Program-made: the position numbers and the translations under genes
Part shown: in pieces, positions 54,607-62,936 of the stretch
Numbering within the stretch: the first letter of the stretch is position 1
How the letters are laid out: each line of letters begins with the position of its first letter
Assembly (NCBI GenBank): GCA_965226875.1
Contig: OZ245439.1
Location: forward strand, 3,382,316 to 3,446,315
Length of the DNA stretch: 64,000 nucleotides
Reading direction: 5' to 3'
Origin: Dehalococcoidia bacterium
GTDB lineage: Bacteria > Chloroflexota > Dehalococcoidia > Lucifugimonadales > UBA3495
Notes under the pieces: generated by a model
What the model saw: the letters and a program-made list of their open reading frames with translations, nothing else
Databases searched by the model: none
What the model was told of the DNA's origin: nothing

Positions 54607-55295
54607 TGGCCGGCGAAAGCACCACACTGCTCTACCGCTTGGGGAGACCATTTGCCCGCTTCTGCTTCGGAACCTTCGGGCGGATGGAAGTCATCGGCGA
54701 AGAAAACGTGCCGCCTCACGGGCCGCTGATAGTGGCCTGCAACCACCTGGCCTATACCGACCCGCCGCTGCTGGTGGCGGCCATCCCCCGGCCCCTTAAC
54801 TTCATGGGTAAAAAAGAGCTGTTCGGCAACCCGGTGGGGAGATTCCTGATGCGCAGCTTTCACGTTTTTCCCTACCAGCGGGGCGGAGCCGGCGCCGGGA
54901 CGCTGCGAATCCTGCTGGGCCTGCTGGAACAGGACCAGGCGGTGGTCATATTCCCCGAGGGGACCCGAAGCAGGAGCCATGCGCTCCAGGAGGCGCAGTT
55001 GGGGGTGGTGTACCTGGCCATGAAGTCACAGGCGCCCATCCTGCCCGTGGGAGTGACCGGAACTCAGAACCTGAAGGCGTGGCGAATGCCCGCGCCCCTG
55101 TGCCGGCTCACCGCCAGCATCGGCCCGCCCTTCACCCTGCCGGTGGTGGAGGGCCGCATCCCCCGACCGGTGATGCACAGTATGTTGCGGATGATCATGG
55201 AGCGGGTGGCGTTGCAGTTGCCGCCGGAGTATCGTGGCGTATACGACCCTTTGAGGTATCGGACTGCGGGAAATCAGGAAGCTAGGAGCAAGTAA
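54603..55295 (+). CDS. plsC: 1-acyl-sn-glycerol-3-phosphate acyltransferase
   Basis: NHLAYTDPP (HX4D) and FPEGTRS motifs; ATGA overlap with cmk. Confidence 0.88.
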   Translation: MMAGESTTLLYRLGRPFARFCFGTFGRMEVIGEENVPPHGPLIVACNHLAYTDPPLLVAAIPRPLNFMGKKELFGNPVGRFLMRSFHVFPYQRGGAGAGTLRILLGLLEQDQAVVIFPEGTRSRSHALQEAQLGVVYLAMKSQAPILPVGVTGTQNLKAWRMPAPLCRLTASIGPPFTLPVVEGRIPRPVMHSMLRMIMERVALQLPPEYRGVYDPLRYRTAGNQEARSK

Positions 55296-55520
55296 ATGCA
55301 GCAGGCATCCAAGTTCGGCATCTACTTAAACGATGGGGAGAAGAAGGTGGTCCGCATCAACTCCCCCTACTGGTTCCCCGAAGAACCCGACTGGGTGTTC
55401 GTGACGCCGGAGGTCAACGCCACGCTGCTCAGCATCCGCGAGCTGGCCCACGAGCAGGGCCTGAGCGCCGACGCCGGTGAGCTGACCTGGGGCACCATCC
55501 CGATGCGGAAAGAGGAGTGA
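55296..55520 (+). CDS. hypothetical small protein (74 aa)
   Basis: ATG immediately follows the plsC TAA; no family recognised. Confidence 0.45.
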   Translation: MQQASKFGIYLNDGEKKVVRINSPYWFPEEPDWVFVTPEVNATLLSIRELAHEQGLSADAGELTWGTIPMRKEE

Positions 55521-55541
55521 CACCAGGCCGGATGCAACCCC

Positions 55542-55859
55542 CTAAAGCCCCGACTCCCCCGTGCGCAGGGTAAAAGCGGACTCGACGTTGGTCACAAAGA
55601 CTCTGCCGTCGCCGGGGAAGCCAGTGGAGGCTGCGGCCTGGATGCAGTTGGCGACCTCTTCCACCTGAAAGTCCTCGACTACCACCATGAACATACACTT
55701 GGCCAGCTCGTCGTAGAAATGGTCGCCGACCTGGACGCCCTGCTGCTTGCCGCGTCCCAGCACATCCCATTTGGTCATGGCCGGGAATCCATCGTTGGCC
55801 AGGGCCGCCGCTACTGTGACCTCTTTCTCGGGCCGGATAATCGCTCGCACCATTTTCAT
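55542..55859 (-). CDS. P-II family nitrogen regulatory protein (divergent)
   Basis: MKMVRAIIRPEK...GRGKQQG...GDGRVFV...RTGE; AAGGAGA SD; 22 nt after the nirA stop. Confidence 0.8.
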   Translation of the reverse strand: MKMVRAIIRPEKEVTVAAALANDGFPAMTKWDVLGRGKQQGVQVGDHFYDELAKCMFMVVVEDFQVEEVANCIQAAASTGFPGDGRVFVTNVESAFTLRTGESGL

Positions 55860-55881
55860 TGCCGCATCTCCTTTGCTCTGG

Positions 55882-57459
55882 CTATGCTTCGTAGTCAACG
55901 CCCGGCACATCGGCCGTTGTCAACTCATTTGCGTTGGTGAATCCGGTCTGCCTCAGCCTTTCGATAAGCCCTGGCAGGACAGCACCCAGCGTGGACACCG
56001 GCACTTGCTCCATCAGCTTCTCCGCCGGGCGGGCGCCGGGGCCGGTGCTGCCGCCGGCGAAGATGGTGACCGCGTCCACCACCTCGCCCTCGAACCGCGT
56101 CTTGCCGCCCTGGAAACCGATGTCGGCGGCGTGATGGTTGCCGCAACCCGCCGGGCAGCCCGACCAGTACATCCGCAGTGACGCCGCGTCGGGGTAGTGG
56201 GCGTCCAGGGCCTCGACTACCCGGCGGCTGACGCTCTTGGTCTCGATCAGGGCCAGGTTGCAGTAGTCGTTGCCGGTGCAGCTCACCAACCCGCGTGTGA
56301 AGGGGCCGGGGTCGGGCGACAGGCGGGACAGCAACGGCTCGTCGAGCAGCGCCGGCAGGTTGGCCTCCAGCACGTCGGCGATGATGGCGTTCTGGCTGAC
56401 GGTCAGGCGGATTGCGCCGGAGCCGTAGATCAGGGCCAGCCGGGCCAGCTCGGTCATGTCGTCGGCGCAGGTGCGCCCGGTGGGTACACTCAGGCCGACG
56501 GAGAATAGCCCCTCCTGCTTCTGCGGGTTCGCTCCCAGGTGGTCGGCGTGATGGTCGTGCCTGGCGTCCTCTCCCGCTCTTGGCAGGGGGCGGCCCCAGC
56601 GTTCTTCCAGCCGCTCCCGGAACAGGTCTACGCCCCAGTCGTCCAGCAGGAAGGCCAGCCGGGCCCGCGTGCGTTTTTCCCGGGAACCCTCGTCGCGGAA
56701 CATCAAGGTGATGGTTGCGGCCAGCCGCGCCGCCTCGTCTGGTTTAACGAACACGTCCAGCGGCTGGGCGACGGTCATGCCGCCGGACCCCATCTTGCCG
56801 CCGACGGCGACGTTGAACCCCTTCCACATATTCAGGGCAACGCCGCCCGGCCCGAAGGCGGGCGTCATGGCGATATCCTGGGTTTCGGCGTGGATGCAGT
56901 TCTCTCGGCAGCCGGTGAATGCCACGTTGAGCTTGCGGGGGAGGTTGGTGTACTCGCGGTTGTTGAGGAACATCCGGGTGAATTCCTCGCTGGCCGGGGC
57001 CGCGTCGAACAGCTCGTTGGGCGTCAGGCCCGCCAACGCGCAAGTGTTAGTTCCCCGGATGTTGTCCATGCCAGTCTGGAGGGAGGACAGGTCAATATCA
57101 CGAAGCGCGTCCAGGATTTGAGGAATGTCGCGTATCTGGATGTCGCGCAACTCAATCTGCTGGCGGGTGGTTATGTCCATCACGCCGCTGCCCAGACGAC
57201 AGGAAAGCGCGGCGAGGGTGGCGAGCTGCGTCGCGGTCAGCCGCCCGTTGGTGATGCGCAGGCGCATCATGAAGCGTCCTGGAGTGGGCTTGCGGAAGAA
57301 CGTGCCGATCCACTTCAGCCGCTCGCGGTCGCCGGGTTGAATGGTTTCCCAGCCCCCGTGCTGCGCCGCCAGTTCGCGGATCTCGTCCAGGATGTTCAGC
57401 CCCGGCTTCTCGGCCTTGATGCGTTCGACCGGATTGCCCGTTTTCGTTGCTGTCGTCAT
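55882..57459 (-). CDS. nirA: ferredoxin-dependent assimilatory nitrite reductase (siroheme/[4Fe-4S])
   Basis: Two nitrite/sulfite reductase repeats; cluster Cys TGC.ENC...SGCPAGCG; next to narK; ATG 57459 preferred over GTG 57471. Confidence 0.85.
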   Translation of the reverse strand: MTTATKTGNPVERIKAEKPGLNILDEIRELAAQHGGWETIQPGDRERLKWIGTFFRKPTPGRFMMRLRITNGRLTATQLATLAALSCRLGSGVMDITTRQQIELRDIQIRDIPQILDALRDIDLSSLQTGMDNIRGTNTCALAGLTPNELFDAAPASEEFTRMFLNNREYTNLPRKLNVAFTGCRENCIHAETQDIAMTPAFGPGGVALNMWKGFNVAVGGKMGSGGMTVAQPLDVFVKPDEAARLAATITLMFRDEGSREKRTRARLAFLLDDWGVDLFRERLEERWGRPLPRAGEDARHDHHADHLGANPQKQEGLFSVGLSVPTGRTCADDMTELARLALIYGSGAIRLTVSQNAIIADVLEANLPALLDEPLLSRLSPDPGPFTRGLVSCTGNDYCNLALIETKSVSRRVVEALDAHYPDAASLRMYWSGCPAGCGNHHAADIGFQGGKTRFEGEVVDAVTIFAGGSTGPGARPAEKLMEQVPVSTLGAVLPGLIERLRQTGFTNANELTTADVPGVDYEA

Positions 57460-57464
57460 AGTTT

Positions 57465-57499
57465 CCCCCACCCTAACCCTCCCCCGGAGGGAGAGGGGA
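57465..57499. repeat. REP family 1, orientation B, between narK and nirA
   Basis: CCCCCACCCTAACCCTCCCCCGGAGGGAGAGGGGA; its GGGTGGGGG (minus strand) sits at SD distance from the nirA ATG. Confidence 0.7.
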
Positions 57500-57553
57500 T
57501 TTGAGTGCTAACCCTCCGTCTGTCCTCCGTCTGTATGGAGGTGACTGGCGGTT

Positions 57554-58939
57554 CTAGGCCTCGCTGTACAGGGCCATCGGGACGCGCTTGGCGTAAGCGG
57601 GCGAGACGGCCAACATGCCACGGCCCATCACCCGCTCCATCACCCGCCGCTCTTCGGTCTCACGCTCCGGGGAGAAGCGCACCACCAGCACCGGCGAGGA
57701 GGCCACGGTTACGGTTGCGCCGAGGTAGAGCAGGGCCATTTCCGTGCTCATAGACTCCATGCGGAACAGGAACCCGGCGGCCACCGCTCCGGCGTTGCCG
57801 CCCGCGCCGACGATGCCGGCCACCGCGCCCAGCGCCTTCTGGTTGATGAACGGCACTACGGAGAAGGTCGCGCCCTCGGACATCTGCACAAACAGGCTGA
57901 ACACCAGCATCGCGCCTATTGCCAGCGGCAGTATGTCCATCCGCGAGAACACGACAAGGGCAAACCCCTCAACCAGAAGCACAGTCCCCAAGAACAGAGT
58001 CCGGCCCCTCAGCCCGAAGCGGATGCCCACCTTGTCGCCGATGGCGCCGCCCAGCGTGCGGGCGAAGAGGTTCATCAGCCCGAACAGGCCGGCAACCAGG
58101 CCCGCCAGACCGACGCCCAGACCAAAGCGGTCGTGGTAGTAGAGGGCGGCGATGTTGTTCATGGTCAGCTCGACGCCGAAGCAGGCCCCGTAAATCAGGA
58201 AGAGCGCCCAGACCCGGTGGTCCTTGGCCGCTTCCAGGAAGGCTCTCGTCCTGGCGCCGGGCGGCTCCTTCGCCCGCTCCTCCTGGGCTAGTTCCATGTC
58301 CGGGGAGTCCTGGGTGAACTTGAAGTAGGCGATCCCCATCAGGAACAGCGCCACGCCCGGCACCACCATGGCGATGCGCCACCCGATGACGTCGGCAGCG
58401 CCCAAGGCCACGATGACGCCCAGCACCAGCGGCATCGCCATCTGCGTTACGCCACCGCCCAGGTTGCCCCATCCGGCGGTGGTTGCGTTGGCCGTTCCCT
58501 CCACGTTGGGAGCAAACATGACCGAGGTGTGGTACTGCGTGATGACGAAGGAGGCGCCGATGATGCCGATGGCCAGCCTGAACAGCAGAAAAGACTCGTA
58601 GCTGTTGGCCAACCCGATGGTCATCACCGGGAATGAGCCGATAATCAGCAGCGCCGAATAGGTGATGCGGGGGCCGATGCGATCGCACAGCCAGCCCACC
58701 ACCAGCCGGGCCGCGATGGTCACCGCCACCGAGGCGATGACGGTGTTGCCGATCTCGGCCTTGGTAAGTTGCAGGTCGTCGCGGACGATGGCCATCATCG
58801 GCGCAATGCCGAACCAGCCGAAGAAGGCGAGGAAGAAGGCCATCCAACTCATGTGGAACACCCGCATATGCGGGTGCCCAAAGCTGAACAGCGGGATCCT
58901 GGTGGCTTTGTGAGTTTGGGGGTCCACTCCGATGTTCAT
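57554..58939 (-). CDS. narK: MFS nitrate/nitrite porter (NNP family)
   Basis: Both nitrate signature motifs present: AGWGNLGGGVTQ and GIVGAGGNAGAV; 12 TM-like segments. Confidence 0.9.
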   Translation of the reverse strand: MNIGVDPQTHKATRIPLFSFGHPHMRVFHMSWMAFFLAFFGWFGIAPMMAIVRDDLQLTKAEIGNTVIASVAVTIAARLVVGWLCDRIGPRITYSALLIIGSFPVMTIGLANSYESFLLFRLAIGIIGASFVITQYHTSVMFAPNVEGTANATTAGWGNLGGGVTQMAMPLVLGVIVALGAADVIGWRIAMVVPGVALFLMGIAYFKFTQDSPDMELAQEERAKEPPGARTRAFLEAAKDHRVWALFLIYGACFGVELTMNNIAALYYHDRFGLGVGLAGLVAGLFGLMNLFARTLGGAIGDKVGIRFGLRGRTLFLGTVLLVEGFALVVFSRMDILPLAIGAMLVFSLFVQMSEGATFSVVPFINQKALGAVAGIVGAGGNAGAVAAGFLFRMESMSTEMALLYLGATVTVASSPVLVVRFSPERETEERRVMERVMGRGMLAVSPAYAKRVPMALYSEA

Positions 58940-59083
58940 CGCTGCCCTCGTTCGGATATTCCCAACGAGTTAGTATTCTGATTTGTGATTTTGTAAGGGA
59001 AACAGCCGTGCGCCCTGGCTCGTATCCTGAAAAAGAGTCGCGTAGACCGGAGGGAGTGGGCGCGCGGTTGCGCACCCCTGCAT

Positions 59084-59118
59084 GGACGCCCTCACCCTCT
59101 CCCAGAGGGAGAGGGGAC
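59084..59118. repeat. REP family 1, orientation B
   Basis: GGACGCCCTCACCCTCTCCCAGAGGGAGAGGGGAC. Confidence 0.7.
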
Positions 59119-59131
59119 ATAAGGGCCGTTC

Positions 59132-59309
59132 CTAGAAATCTGGCCGGAAACCCTGATTCTCCCCAAGCAGTCGTTTTCTTAACGTCGATTATCGATGAAA
59201 CGGTGGGTATTGCAACGTCTTACATGCACTACTGGGCCATATAAGACTGGAATACGTCTGCTTGGCGTAGCGCAAAACCCGGCCGATGGCTTTCCGGCCA
59301 GACTTCTAG
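59132..59309. mobile_element. MITE-like element, family A, copy 2 (reverse orientation relative to 6046-6223)
   Basis: Same 178-bp length and TIRs; its terminal CTAG supplies the TAG stop of the Mo-protein ORF. Confidence 0.8.
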
Positions 59310-59956
59310 ATGTCGGCGGAGGCTGCGCCGGTGCCGACCTTGGCAACCACGATATGAGCCTTTTCCTGGCCAGGCGCGCCGAGGACGGCGGTCTTGCTCT
59401 GGCCGAGGAGCCGCTTGATGCCGTGGGGGTCGCGCACAAAGCCGCGCACCTGGTTGAGCCACTTCACGCTCTTGTAGCCTTGGAGGAAGGGAACCCACAG
59501 CCGCACCGGGCCGCCCAGCTCGTGGGGCAGACGCTCGCCCTCAATTTCGTAGACCAACAGGACGCGGGGATCTCGGGCCAGCGACTTGGGCAGGCTCTCG
59601 AAGTACATTCCGTCGGCGGAGTAGAAGGACAAGAAGCGCGCGCCAGCCATGGCTATGCCCATCGCGTCCAGCAGCACAGGCAGGCGGACGCCGGTGACCA
59701 TCGGCGTCTCGGACCAGTTGAATATCTGGCAGACCAGCGGCGTCGGCTCCTGCACCTTGGGTAGCTTCTGCAAGACTTCCCAGGTGGCCACGGCGGTCTT
59801 GCCGCTGATGTCGGTGAGCCGCAGGTCCCAGTCCTCCAGCGCCTTGCGCTCCGGCATAGGATAGAGAGACAGGACGGGCAAGGGTTCGGCCTCGAAATCC
59901 ATGGCCGCGAACTGGTCCTTGAACTTGGGGTAGTTGACGTTGGGACGGTTGACCAT
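59306..59956 (-). CDS. sulfite-oxidase-family molybdopterin-binding protein (minimal Mo domain, YedY/YuiH-like)
   Basis: LVCQIFNWSETPMVTGVRLPVLL (Mo-ligand Cys context) and GGPVRLWVPFLQGYKSVKWL; no heme/FAD/dimerisation domains. Confidence 0.75.
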   Translation of the reverse strand: MVNRPNVNYPKFKDQFAAMDFEAEPLPVLSLYPMPERKALEDWDLRLTDISGKTAVATWEVLQKLPKVQEPTPLVCQIFNWSETPMVTGVRLPVLLDAMGIAMAGARFLSFYSADGMYFESLPKSLARDPRVLLVYEIEGERLPHELGGPVRLWVPFLQGYKSVKWLNQVRGFVRDPHGIKRLLGQSKTAVLGAPGQEKAHIVVAKVGTGAASADI

Positions 59957-59960
59957 GACC

Positions 59961-60320
59961 TTACACCTTCGCCGCTACTGATTCGGGCATCACGGATTCC
60001 TCCGGGGAGAGAATCATCTCCTCCACCGGGCAGATGAACACTTTGCCGTCGCCAAAGTTATCCGATTTGTTGACTGAGACGAGGGATCGAACCAGCCTGC
60101 CAGCCATTTCGTCGGGGACTAGCCAAGTCAGCATCCGCTTCGGCAGGAACTGCATCACGCCGTCGTCGCTTCCGTTGACGGGACGCATATAGCGCAGCCC
60201 GCGCTGCTTGCCCCGGCCCATGACGCGGATGTGAGAGCATTCGGACAGGCCCATCGCCTGGGCCGCATCCATTGTCTCCTGCCACTTCTCGGACCGGATA
60301 ACGGCAATTACTTCCTTCAT
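59961..60320 (-). CDS. P-II family protein (divergent), translationally coupled to the Mo-protein gene
   Basis: MKEVIAVIRSEK...GRGKQRG...FLPKRMLTWLVPDE...GDGKVFICPV; stop 4 nt before the Mo-protein ATG. Confidence 0.75.
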   Translation of the reverse strand: MKEVIAVIRSEKWQETMDAAQAMGLSECSHIRVMGRGKQRGLRYMRPVNGSDDGVMQFLPKRMLTWLVPDEMAGRLVRSLVSVNKSDNFGDGKVFICPVEEMILSPEESVMPESVAAKV

Positions 60321-60367
60321 GGCACCGCGCCTCCCATGGGATATAGATGACAGATTAGGGCAAGGGT

Positions 60368-60450
60368 GTTTCGGCGCAGTTGCGTGACTATTGCCGGTCA
60401 GTTACGAATTCGTTACGTCTTCTTTACGTTTGCGTTGCGGTTTTGTTAAG
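60368..60450. promoter_or_regulatory. array of eight GTTnCG-like hexamers spaced exactly 11 bp apart upstream of the PII-like/Mo-protein operon
   Basis: Hexamer starts 60368 GTTTCG, 60379 GTTGCG, 60390 ATTGCC, 60401 GTTACG, 60412 GTTACG, 60423 TTTACG, 60434 GTTGCG, 60445 GTTAAG. Confidence 0.6.
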
Positions 60451-60499
60451 CGCATTCGCCATTCGTCATAAATTCCGGCTGAAGCAAGGCAAATAGAAA

Positions 60500-60537
60500 G
60501 AGGGCGTCGGGAGGAAATTACCCCTCCCGGCGCCCTC
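60500..60537 (-). terminator. GC-rich hairpin followed by a T-rich tract on the minus strand, terminator of the LLM oxidoreductase gene
   Basis: GAGGGCGCCGGGAGGGG-loop-CCTCCCGACGCCCTC then CTTTCTATTT (minus-strand reading). Confidence 0.55.
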
Positions 60538-60565
60538 TGCGCTCTCCGGACGGTGAAGCCGGAGC

Positions 60566-61717
60566 TTAGCCCTTGAAGGCGGGCATCACTTCCTCGGCGA
60601 AGATGCTGAGCTGTTCCTTGTAGACCTCCAGCGGCATACCCATGACGGAGCCGATGTTGACGCGCTCGACGCCGGGATAGCTTTCTTCGGCCTTCTTCAA
60701 GGCCTCGACAGCTACTTCGGGAGTGCCGCAGATCCATCCGCCACCCTCGACCGCTTCTTCCAAAGTGGGCAGCTTGACACCACGGTTGCGCCCGCCAGCG
60801 GCCACCGAGTCAATCTGTTCCTGGCTGAACGCCATGAGGCCCAGCGGGGCGGCGAACTTCATGGCTTCTTCAAAGTAGGGCCTGGCCTTCTCAATAGCCT
60901 TTTCCTTCGACTCGGCAAGGAACAAACGGAAGCCCAGGGCCGCTCCTTCGCCGAGCTTAGTCTCACGTCCAGCGTCCAACTGGGCCTGCTGGTACATCCG
61001 CATCCGCTCGCCCAGGGCCGGCTCGGGAGTGTTGGCCAGCAGGGGCTTGATGCCCGTCCTGGCCATAAACTCGACACCGCGCGGGTTGCCGCTGACCAAC
61101 GGCTGCCAGATCTCCACCGGACGGTTCAGGGGGCGCGGCACCAGGGTCAGCTTCTCCAGTTCGTAGCCCCGGTAAGGGACACGGGCGGGAATCTGGAAAT
61201 GCTTGCCCTGATGGGAGAAGGAGTCCTCATTGAAGGCCTTGATCATGACCTCGACCTGCTCCTCGAACAGCTCGCGGTTGGCGTCGGAGTCGCGCATGGG
61301 CGCGCCGAAGGTCTCGACCTCGCGGGTATGGTAGCCACGCCCCACGCCGAAGATGATCCGGCCCTTGGTCAGGATATCGGCCATGGCGAAGTCTTCGGCC
61401 AGCCGCAGCGGGTGCCACATGGGGGTGATGTTGAAGCCGCAGCCGTACTTGAGCGATTCGGTCTGCGTCGCCAGGTACAGCCCCAGCATCAGCAGGTTGG
61501 GGATGCCCTCGTACCCCTCCGGCTGGAAGTGGTGCTCGGCCATCCAGAACTCGTTGTAGCCGTTGGCCTCCAGGTGCTTGGCGATGTCTAGCGCCCAGTC
61601 GTAGGTCTCGGCCAGCTTCTCGTTGGGATACCAGCGGTCGTTGGCCGGAGTGCCGTCGAAGCCCAGGTTGTCATCAACCACGTGCCCGGCATAGGAAGCG
61701 GAAAAGTTCTTAAACAT
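60566..61717 (-). CDS. luciferase-like (LLM class) flavin/F420-dependent oxidoreductase
   Basis: FWMAEHHF...RIIFGVGRGYH typical LLM motifs. Confidence 0.85.
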   Translation of the reverse strand: MFKNFSASYAGHVVDDNLGFDGTPANDRWYPNEKLAETYDWALDIAKHLEANGYNEFWMAEHHFQPEGYEGIPNLLMLGLYLATQTESLKYGCGFNITPMWHPLRLAEDFAMADILTKGRIIFGVGRGYHTREVETFGAPMRDSDANRELFEEQVEVMIKAFNEDSFSHQGKHFQIPARVPYRGYELEKLTLVPRPLNRPVEIWQPLVSGNPRGVEFMARTGIKPLLANTPEPALGERMRMYQQAQLDAGRETKLGEGAALGFRLFLAESKEKAIEKARPYFEEAMKFAAPLGLMAFSQEQIDSVAAGGRNRGVKLPTLEEAVEGGGWICGTPEVAVEALKKAEESYPGVERVNIGSVMGMPLEVYKEQLSIFAEEVMPAFKG

Positions 61718-61866
61718 AGCTACTCTCTTGAATTGAAGATCTGGAGCATGAAGTGATCGTTGAAACTAGCTGAGCATAAGGGGCAACCAAGCATTTGCGG
61801 GAACAATGCCCCTGTAATCAGGTCTCTCCGGCGTAAAAGCTTCCGTCGCTCAGGCTGCTGCATTCT

Positions 61867-62783
61867 CTACTCGCGCACTTGGCTGGGAGCCGGATTGTAC
61901 AGCTCGAGGCCGATGGTGGCGGGGAAGACGCGGGCCAGTTCCTCGACGGTCCACTTGCCGTCCTTCTGGATGGTCTTGACCGGCTCGGGCTGGTTGAGCA
62001 GGTTTATCAGCCCCTCGGTCACATGGAAGACCTGACCGTTGACGTGCTGGGCTTCGTCGGAGGCCAGCCAGGTGACCATGGGAGCGATGTCGTCGGGGCC
62101 GCCGCGCAGAGTGACGCTTGCGCCGGTGCTGATGCCGCGGGCGGCGCGCAACTCGCGGGCCTCGTCGGGGATGCTGGTGGTCATGCGGGTGGCGGCGCTG
62201 GGCGAAATGGAGTTGGCGGTTACGCCGTAGCGCCCCATGTCGCGGGCCACTACGCGGGTGAAGCCAGCGATTCCGTCCTTGGCCGCGCCGTAGTTGGCTT
62301 GCCCGGAGTTGCCGTACAGCCCGGAGGTGGAGCTGAAGGTGATGATGCGCCCGGAACGCTGCTGGCGGAACAGCACGGAAGCGTTCTTGACCACCGAGAA
62401 GGTGCCCTTCATGTGAACGGCGATAACGTCGTCCCACTCCTGCTCGGACATGTTGAAGACCATGCGGTCGCGGAGGATGCCAGCCACGGTGACCACGATG
62501 TCCAGCTTGCCGAAGCTGTCGAGGGCAGTCTGGACAATCTTCTCGCCGCCCTCCATGCTGGCAACGTTCTCGGTGCAGGCGACGGCCTCGCGCCGGCCTC
62601 GCGGATTTCGGAGACTACGACCTCGGCCACGGACATATCCGCGCCTGAGCCGTCAACATTGACGCCCAAGTCGCAGACCACCACCCTGGCGCCTTCCTCC
62701 GCCATTAGGCGGGCCACGCCGCGCCCGATGCCGCGCCCGGCCCCGGTTACAATCGCTACTTTGTCATTCAGCAGGTTTGCCAT
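61867..62783 (-). pseudogene. SDR-family oxidoreductase (multifunctional-enzyme-2-like N-domain) with a 1-nt frameshift
   Basis: N-part (62783 downward) VAIVTGAGRGIGRG...SEIREAG then out of frame; the second frame continues EAVACTENVASMEGGEK...YGAAK; break near 62590-62598. Confidence 0.7.
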
Positions 62784-62936
62784 TCCTTTGCCTCTTCTCC
62801 GTTTAGCGGGGAATCCCGCCTTGATTTCTCTCTGCGGGGAATCCCTCGCTTTTTTCGCAAAAGGGGATACATAGCCCGCTGTCTCATTGCCGGTCCCGAA
62901 CCGGTCATCTCCCCGAACCGGTCATCTCAAAGTTGG

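Noticed and set aside
53818-54651. N-terminal 277 residues of the 498-aa ORF 53155-54651 (-)
   Set aside because: This part is antisense to cmk, which has a clear P-loop, and shows no motif. Only the C-terminal PAP2 portion (53155-53817) is credible.
58961-59020. GlnR-like phased boxes directly upstream of narK
   Set aside because: GTTAG, GTAAG and GAAAC pentamers are present, but their spacing is not 11 bp and no consistent a-site/b-site pair could be aligned.
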